Of a DNA stretch of 64,000 bases, positions 54,701 to 64,000 are shown in pieces. The DNA comes from Auanema rhodensis. Taxonomy: Eukaryota > Animalia > Nematoda. Numbering within the stretch: position 1 is the first letter of the stretch; the number at the start of each line of letters is the position of its first letter. A program made the position numbers and the translations under genes. The notes under the pieces are model-generated. The model made no database searches, was not told where the DNA came from, and was given only the letters and a program-made list of their open reading frames with translations. The stretch is taken from the NCBI GenBank assembly GCA_964057225.1, contig CAXKVF010000075.1, forward strand, positions 372,001 through 436,000, in the 5' to 3' direction.

Positions 54701-57700
54701 TGTGCACTTGGTATGTAACTCGCTTCACGTGAAAGATAAAGAGATGCGGTTTTCAAAATTAGATTCCCCATGTCCATATTAGTCTAAAAACAATTTTTTA
54801 TTGATATTGCTTCATGGTAACCATGACTTTGAAATTTACGTGAACTTTAATTTATGCTAATTAAATGTACACGTGATGTGCACTTGGTATGTAACTCGCT
54901 TCACGTGAAAGATAAAGAGATGCGGTTTTCAAAATTAGATTCCCCATGTCCATATTAGTCTAAAAACAAATTTTTATTGATATTGGTGCATGGTAACCAT
55001 GACTTTGAAATTTACGTGAACTTTAATTTATGCTAATTAAATGTACACGTGATGTGCACTTGGTATGTAACTCGCTTCACGTGAAAGATAAAGAGATGCG
55101 GTTTTCAAAATTAGATTCACCATGTCCATATTAGTCTAAAAACAAATTTTTATTGATATTGGTTCATGGTAACCATGACTTTGAAATTTACGTGAACTTT
55201 AATTTATGCTAATTAAATGTACACGTGATGTGCACTTGGTATGTAACTCGCTTCACGTGAAAGATAAAGAGATGCGGTTTTCAAAATTAGATTCCCCATG
55301 TCCATATTAGTCTAAAAACAATTTTTTATTGATATTGGTTCATGGTAACCATGACTTTGAAATTTACGTGAACTTTAATTTATGCTAATTAAATGTACAC
55401 GTGATGTGCACTTGGTATGTAACTCGCTTCACGTGAAAGATAAAGAGATGCGGTTTTCAAAATTAGATTCCCCATGTCCATATTAGTCTAAAAACAAATT
55501 TTTATTGATATTGGTTCATGGTAACCATGACTTTGAAATTTACGTGAACTTTAATTTATGCTAATTAAATGTACACGTGATGTGCACTTGGTATGTAACT
55601 CGCTTCACGTGAAAGATAAAGAGATGCGGTTTTCAAAATTAGATTCCCCATGTCCATATTAGTCTAAAAACAAATTTTTATTGATATTGCTTCATGGTAA
55701 CCATGACTTTGAAATTTACGTGAACTTTAATTTATGCTAATTAAATGTACACGTGATGTGCACTTGGTATGTAACTCGCTTCACGTGAAAGATAAAGAGA
55801 TGCGGTTTTCAAAATTAGATTCCCCATGTTCATATTAGTCTAAAAACAAATTTTTATTGATATTGCTTCATGGTAACCATGACTTTGAAATTTACGTGAA
55901 CTTTAATTTATGCTAATTAAATGTACACGTGATGTGCACTTGGTATGTAACTCGCTTCACGTGAAAGATAAAGAGATGCGGTTTTCAAAATTAGATTCCC
56001 CATGTCCATATTAGTCTAAAAACAAAATTTATTGATATTGGTTCATGGTAACCATGACTTTGACATTTACGTGAACTTTAATTTATGCTAATTAAATGTA
56101 CACGTGATGTGCACTTGGTATGTAACTCGCTTCACGTGAAAGATAAAGAGATGCGGTTTTCAAAATTAGATTCCCCATGTCCATATTAGTCTAAAAACAA
56201 ATTTTTATTGATATTGGTGCATGGTAACCATGACTTTGAAATTTACGTGAACTTTAATTTATGCTAATTAAATGTACACGTGATGTGCACTTGGTATGTA
56301 ACTCGCTTCACGTGAAAGATAAAGAGATGCGGTTTTCAAAATTAGATTCCCCATGTCCATATTAGTCTAAAAACAAATTTTTATTGATATTGGTGCATGG
56401 TAACCATGACTTTGAAATTTACGTGAACTTTAATTTATGCTAATTAAATGTACACGTGATGTGCACTTGGTATGTAACTCGCTTCACGTGAAAGATAAAG
56501 AGATGCGGTTTTCAAAATTAGATTCCCCATGTCCATATTAGTCTAAAAACAAATTTTTATTGATATTGGTGCATGGTAACCATGACTTTGAAATTTACGT
56601 GAACTTTAATTTATGCTAATTAAATGTACACGTGATGTGCACTTGGTATGTAACTCGCTTCACGTGAAAGATAAAGAGATGCGGTTTTCAAAATTAGATT
56701 CCCCATGTCCATATTAGTCTAAAAACAAATTTTTATTGATATTGGTTCATGGTAACCATGACTTTGACATTTACGTGAACTTTAATTTATGCTAATTAAA
56801 TGTACACGTGATGTGCACTTGGTATGTAACTCGCTTCACGTGAAAGATAAAGAGATGCGGTTTTCAAAATTAGATTCCCCATGTCCATATTAGTCTAAAA
56901 ACAAATTTTTATTGATATTGGTGCATGGTAACCATGACTTTGAAATTTACGTGAACTTTAATTTATGCTAATTAAATGTACACGTGATGTGCACTTGGTA
57001 TGTAACTCGCTTCACGTGAAAGATAAAGAGATGCGGTTTTCAAAATTAGATTCACCATGTCCATATTAGTCTAAAAACAAATTTTTATTGATATTGGTTC
57101 ATGGTAACCATGACTTTGAAATTTACGTGAACTTTAATTTATGCTAATTAAATGTACACGTGATGTGCACTTGGTATGTAACTCGCTTCACGTGAAAGAT
57201 AAAGAGATGCGGTTTTCAAAATTAGATTCCCCATGTCCATATTAGTCTAAAAACAAATTTTTATTGATATTGGTTCATGGTAACCATGACTTTGAAATTT
57301 ACGTGAACTTTAATTTATGCTAATTAAATGTACACGTGATGTGCACTTGGTATGTAACTCGCTTCACGTGAAAGATAAAGAGATGCGGTTTTCAAAATTA
57401 GATTCCCCATGTCCATATTAGTCTAAAAACAAATTTTTATTGATATTGCTTCATGGTAACCATGACTTTGAAATTTACGTGAACTTTAATTTATGCTAAT
57501 TAAATGTACACGTGATGTGCACTTGGTATGTAACTCGCTTCACGTGAAAGATAAAGAGATGCGGTTTTCAAAATTAGATTCCCCATGTCCATATTAGTCT
57601 AAAAACAAATTTTTATTGTTATTGCTTCATGGTAACCATGACTTTGAAATTTACGTGAACTTTAATTTATGCTAATTAAATGTACACGTGATGTGCACTT

Positions 57701-60700
57701 GGTATGTAACTCGCTTCACGTGAAAGATAAAGAGATGCGGTTTTCAAAATTAGATTCCCCATGTCCATATTAGTCTAAAAACAAATTTTTATTGATATTG
57801 GTTCATGGTAACCATGACTTTGACATTTACGTGAACTTTAATTTATGCTAATTAAATGTACACGTGATGTGCACTTGGTATGTAACTCGCTTCACGTGAA
57901 AGATAAAGAGATGCGGTTTTCAAAATTAGATTCCCCATGTCCATATTAGTCTAAAAACAAATTTTTATTGATATTGGTGCATGGTAACCATGACTTTGAA
58001 ATTTACGTGAACTTTAATTTATGCTAATTAAATGTACACGTGATGTGCACTTGGTATGTAACTCGCTTCACGTGAAAGATAAAGAGATGCGGTTTTTAAA
58101 ATTAGATTCACCATGTCCATATTAGTCTAAAAACAAATTTTTATTGATATTGGTTCATGGTAACCATGACTTTGAAATTTACGTGAACTTTAATTTATGC
58201 TAATTAAATGTACACGTGATGTGCACTTGGTATGTAACTCGCTTCACGTGAAAGATAAAGAGATGCGGTTTTCAAAATTAGATTCCCCATGTCCATATTA
58301 GTCTAAAAACAAATTTTTATTGATATTGGTTCATGGTAACCATGACTTTGAAATTTACGTGAACTTTAATTTATGCTAATTAAATGTACACGTGATGTGC
58401 ACTTGGTATGTAACTCGCTTCACGTGAAAGATAAAGAGATGCGGTTTTCAAAATTAGATTCCCCATGTCCATATTAGTCTAAAAACAAATTTTTATTGAT
58501 ATTGCTTCATGGTAACCATGACTTTGAAATTTACGTGAACTTTAATTTATGCTAATTAAATGTACACGTGATGTGCACTTGGTATGTAACTCGCTTCACG
58601 TGAAAGATAAAGAGATGCGGTTTTCAAAATTAGATTCCCCATGTCCATATTAGTCTAAAAACAAATTTTTATTGATATTGCTTCATGGTAACCATGACTT
58701 TGAAATTTACGTGAACTTTAATTTATGCTAATTAAATGTACACGTGATGTGCACTTGGTATGTAACTCGCTTCACGTGAAAGATAAAGAGATGCGGTTTT
58801 CAAAATTAGATTCCCCATGTCCATATTAGTCTAAAAACAAATTTTTATTGTTATTGCTTCATGGTAACCATGACTTTGAAATTTACGTGAACTTTAATTT
58901 ATGCTAATTAAATGTACACGTGATGTGCACTTGGTATGTAACTCGCTTCACGTGAAAGATAAAGAGATGCGGATTTCAAAATTAGATTCCCCATGTCCAT
59001 ATTAGTCTAAAAACAAATTTTTATTGATATTGGTTCATGGTAACCATGACTTTGACATTTACGTGAACTTTAATTTATGCTAATTAAATGTACACGTGAT
59101 GTGCACTTGGTATGTAACTCGCTTCACGTGAAAGATAAAGAGATGCGGTTTTCAAAATTAGATTCCCCATGTCCATATTAGACTAAAAACAAATTTTTAT
59201 TGATATTGGTGCATGGTAACCATGACTTTGAAATTTACGTGAACTTTAATTTATGCTAATTAAATGTACACGTGATGTGCACTTGGTATGTAACTCGCTT
59301 CACGTGAAAGATAAAGAGATGCGGTTTTCAAAATTAGATTCACCATGTCCATATTAGTCTAAAAACAAATTTTTATTGATATTGGTTCATGGTAACCATG
59401 ACTTTGAAATTTACGTGAACTTTAATTTATGCTAATTAAATGTACCCGTGATGTGCACTTGGTATGTAACTCGCTTCACGTGAAAGATAAAGAGATGCGG
59501 TTTTCAAAATTAGATTCCCCATGTCCATATTAGTCTAAAAACAAATTTTTATTGATATTGGTTCATGGTAACCATGACTTTGAAATTTACGTGAACTTTA
59601 ATTTATGCTAATTAAATGTACACGTGATGTGCACTTGGTATGTAACTCGCTTCACGTGAAAGATAAAGAGATGCGGTTTTCAAAATTAGATTCCCCATGT
59701 CCATATTAGTCTAAAAACAAATTTTTATTGATATTGCTTCATGGTAACCATGACTTTGAAATTTACGTGAACTTTAATTTATGCTAATTAAATGTACACG
59801 TGATGTGCACTTGGTATGTAACTCGCTTCACGTGAAAGATAAAGAGATGCGGTTTTCAAAATTAGATTCCCCATGTTCATATTAGTCTAAAAACAAATTT
59901 TTATTGATATTGCTTCATGGTAACCATGACTTGGAAATTTACGTGAACTTTAATTTATGCTAATTAAATGTACACGTGATGTGCACTTGGTATGTAACTC
60001 GCTTCACGTGAAAGATAAAGAGATGCGGTTTTCAAAATTAGATTCCCCATGTCCATATTAGTCTAAAAACAAATTTTTATTGATATTGGTGCATGGTAAC
60101 CATGACTTTGAAATTTACGTGAACTTTAATTTATGCTAATTAAATGTACACGTGATGTGCACTTGGTATGTAACTCGCTTCACGTGAAAGATAAAGAGAT
60201 GCGGTTTTCAAAATTAGATTCCCCATGTCCATATTAGTCTAAAAACAAATTTTTATTGATATTGCTTCATGGTAACCATGACTTTGAAATTTACGTGAAC
60301 TTTAATTTATGCTAATTAAATGTACACGTGATGTGCACTTGGTATGTAACTCGCTTCACGTGAAAGATAAAGAGATGCGGTTTTCAAAATTAGATTCCCC
60401 ATGTCCATATTAGTCTAAAAACAAATTTTTATTGATATTGGTTCATGGTAACCATGACTTTGACATTTACGTGAACTTTAATTTATGCTAATTAAATGTA
60501 CACGTGATGTGCACTTGGTATGTAACTCGCTTCACGTGAAAGATAAAGAGATGCGGTTTTCAAAATTAGATTCCCCATGTCCATATTAGTCTAAAAACAA
60601 ATTTTTATTGATATTGGTGCATGGTAACCATGACTTTGAAATTTACGTGAACTTTAATTTATGCTAATTAAATGTACACGTGATGTGCACTTGGTATGTA

Positions 60701-61150
60701 ACTCGCTTCACGTGAAAGATAAAGAGATGCGGTTTTCAAAATTAGATTCCCCATGTCCATATTAGTCTAAAAACAAATTTTTATTGATATTGGTGCATGG
60801 TAACCATGACTTTGAAATTTACGTGAACTTTAATTTATGCTAATTAAATGTACACGTGATGTGCACTTGGTATGTAACTCGCTTCACGTGAAAGATAAAG
60901 AGATGCGGTTTTCAAAATTAGATTCCCCATGTCCATATTAGTCTAAAAACAAATTTTTATTGATATTGGTGCATGGTAACCATGACTTTGAAATTTACGT
61001 GAACTTTAATTTATGCTAATTAAATGTACACGTGATGTGCACTTGGTATGTAACTCGCTTCACGTGAAAGATAAAGAGATGCGGTTTTCAAAATTAGATT
61101 CCCCATGTCCATATTAGTCTAAAAACAATTTTTTATTGATATTGGTTCAT
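48800..61150. repeat. Tandem duplication of a 36-monomer block (period 6335 bp); boundaries approximate
   Basis: Rare variants repeat at +6335 (=36x176-1): tacCcgtg 53111/59446, gacttGga 53598/59933, tagActa about 52847/59182, ttttTaaa..ttcAcc about 51762/58097. Confidence 0.85.
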
Positions 61151-64000
61151 GGTAACCATGACTTTGAAATTTACGTGAACTTTAATTCATGCTAATCAAA
61201 TGTACACGTGATGTGCACTTGGTATGTAACTCGCTTCACGTGAAAGATAAAGAGATGCGGTTTTCACAATTAGATTCCCCATGTCCATATTAGTCTAAAA
61301 ACAAATTTTTATTGATATTGGTGCATGGTAACCATGACTTTGAAATTTACGTGAACTTTAATTTATGCTAATTAAATGTACACGTGATGTGCACTTGGTA
61401 TGTAACTCGCTTCACGTGAAAGATAAAGAGATGCGGTTTTCAAAATTAGATTCCCCATGTCCATATTAGTCTAAAAACAAATTTTTATTGATATTGGTGC
61501 ATGGTAACCATGACTTTGAAATTTACGTGAACTTTAATTTATGCTAATTAAATGTACACGTGATGTGCACTTGGTATGTAACTCGCTTCACGTGAAAGAT
61601 AAAGAGATGCGGTTTTCACAATTAGATTCACCATGTCCATATTAGTCTAAAAACAAATTTTTATTGATATTGGTTCATGGTAACCATGACTTTGAAATTT
61701 ACGTGAACTTTAATTTATGCTAATTAAATGTACACGTGATGTGCACTTGGTATGTAACTCGCTTCACGTGAAAGATAAAGAGATGCGGTTTTCAAAATTA
61801 GATTCCCCATGTCCATATTAGTCTAAAAACAAATTTTTATTGATATTGCTTCATGGTAACCATGACTTTGAAATTTACGTGAACTTTAATTTATGCTAAT
61901 TAAATGTACACGTGATGTGCACTTGGTATGTAACTCGCTTCACGTGAAAGATAAAGAGATGCGGTTTTCAAAATTAGATTCCCCATGTCCATATTAGTCT
62001 AAAAACAAATTTTTATTGATATTGCTTCATGGTAACCATGACTTTTAAATTTACGTGAACTTTAATTTATGCTAATTAAATGTACACGTGATGTGCACTT
62101 GGTATGTAACTCGCTTCACGTGAAAGATAAAGAGATGCGGTTTTCAAAATTAGATTCCCCATGTCCATATTAGTCTAAAAACAAATTTTTATTGATATTG
62201 GTTCATGGTAACCATGACTTTGACATTTAAGTGAACTTTAATTTATGCTAATTAAATGTACACGTGATGTGCACTTGGTATGTAACTCGCTTCACGTGAA
62301 AGATAAAGAGATGCGGTTTTCAAAATTAGATTCCCCATGTCCATATTAGTCTAAAAACAAATTTTTATTGATATTGGTGCATGGTAACCATGACTTTGAA
62401 ATTTACGTGAACTTTAATTTATGCTAATTAAATGTACACGTGATGTGCACTTGGTATGTAACTCGCTTCACGTGAAAGATAAAGAGATGCGGTTTTCAAA
62501 ATTAGATTCCCCATGTCCATATTAGTCTAAAAACAAATTTTTATTGATATTGGTGCATGGTAACCATGACTTTGAAATTTACGTGAACTTTAATTTATGC
62601 TAATTAAATGTACACGTGATGTGCACTTGGTATGTAACTCGCTTCACGTGAAAGATAAAGAGATGCGGTTTTCAAAATTAGATTCCCCATGTCCATATTA
62701 GTCTAAAAACAAATTTTTATTGATATTGGTGCATGGTAACCATGACTTTGAAATTTACGTGAACTTTAATTTATGCTAATTAAATGTACACGTGATGTGC
62801 ACTTGGTATGTAACTCGCTTCACGTGAAAGATAAAGAGATGCGGTTTTCAAAATTAGATTCCCCATGTCCATATTAGTCTAAAAACAAATTTTTATTGAT
62901 ATTGGTTCATGGTAACCATGACTTTGAAATTTACGTGAACTTTAATTCATGCTAATTAAATGTACACGTGATGTGCACTTGGTATGTAACTCGCTTCACG
63001 TGAAAGATAAAGAGATGCGGTTTTCACAATTAGATTCCCCATGTCCATATTAGTCTAAAAACAAATTTTTATTGATATTGGTGCATGGTAACCATGACTT
63101 TGAAATTTACGTGAACTTTAATTTATGCTAATTAAATGTACACGTGATGTGCACTTGGTATGTAACTCGCTTCACGTGAAAGATAAAGAGATGCGGTTTT
63201 CAAAATTAGATTCCCCATGTCCATATTAGTCTAAAAACAAATTTTTATTGATATTGGTGCATGGTAACCATGACTTTGAAATTTACGTGAACTTTAATTT
63301 ATGCTAATTAAATGTACACGTGATGTGCACTTGGTATGTAACTCGCTTCACGTGAAAGATGAAGAGATGCGGTTTTCAAAATTAGATTCCCCATGTCCAT
63401 ATTAGTCTAAAAACAAATTTTTATTGATATTGGTGCATGGTAACCATGACTTTGAAATTTACGTGAACTTTAATTTATGCTAATTAAATGTACACGTGAT
63501 GTGCACTTGGTATGTAACTCGCTTCAAGTGAAAGATAAAGAGATGCGGTTTTCAAAATTAGATTCCCCATGTCCATATTAGTCTAAAAACAAATTTTTAT
63601 TGATATTGGTGCATGGTAACCATGACTTTGAAATTTACGTGAACTTTAATTTATGCTAATTAAATGTACACGTGATGTGCACTTGGTATGTAACTCGCTT
63701 CACGTGAAAGATGAAGAGATGCGGTTTTCAAAATTAGATTCCCCATGTCCATATTAGTCTAAAAACAAATTTTTATTGATATTGCTTCATGGTAACCATG
63801 ACTTTGAAATTTACGTGAACTTTAATTTATGCTAATTAAATGTACACGTGTTGTGCACTTGGTATGTAACTCGCTTCACGTGAAAGATAAAGAGATGCGG
63901 TTTTCAAAATTAGATTCCCCATGTCCATATTAGTCTAAAAACAAATTTTTATTGATATTACTTCATGGTAACCATGACTTTGAAATTTACGTGAACTTTA

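Larger units (their letters stand above)
34094..64000. repeat. 176-bp tandem satellite array, right arm (92-bp partial, 169 complete monomers, 64-bp partial running off the window)
   Basis: Resumes at monomer position 85 (cacgtgatgtgcac at 34094) in the same orientation as the left arm. Full monomers run from 34186 to 63936 = 169x176, +8 (duplication at 47320), -1 (deletion near 56025). Confidence 0.99.

Noticed and set aside
1-64000. CRISPR array
   Set aside because: The units are contiguous near-identical 176-mers with no unique spacers, and there are no cas genes.

Overview
Eukaryotic (probably nematode) heterochromatin-type window. About 59.3 kb is one head-to-tail array of an AT-rich 176-bp satellite (about 336 nearly identical monomers, all in the same orientation) with several nested higher-order repeats. 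The array is interrupted once, at 29411-34093, by an apparently full-length, intact two-ORF non-LTR retrotransposon (CR1-clade LINE) on the minus strand. It encodes an ORF1 of about 357 aa and a 944-aa APE endonuclease plus reverse transcriptase ORF2. The insertion is flanked by a 6-bp target-site duplication that is exactly the palindromic E-box CACGTG of the satellite monomer, which implies symmetric cutting. The element has three tandem RORE-like repeats at its 5' end, a 503-nt 3' UTR with a strongly base-paired central domain, and no poly(A) or microsatellite tail. The best candidate for an undescribed system is a satellite/E-box-targeting CR1 LINE, but specificity cannot be shown from one insertion. 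No host genes, tRNA/rRNA or CRISPR were found. The host assignment is an inference from ORF1 motifs and retained CpGs.
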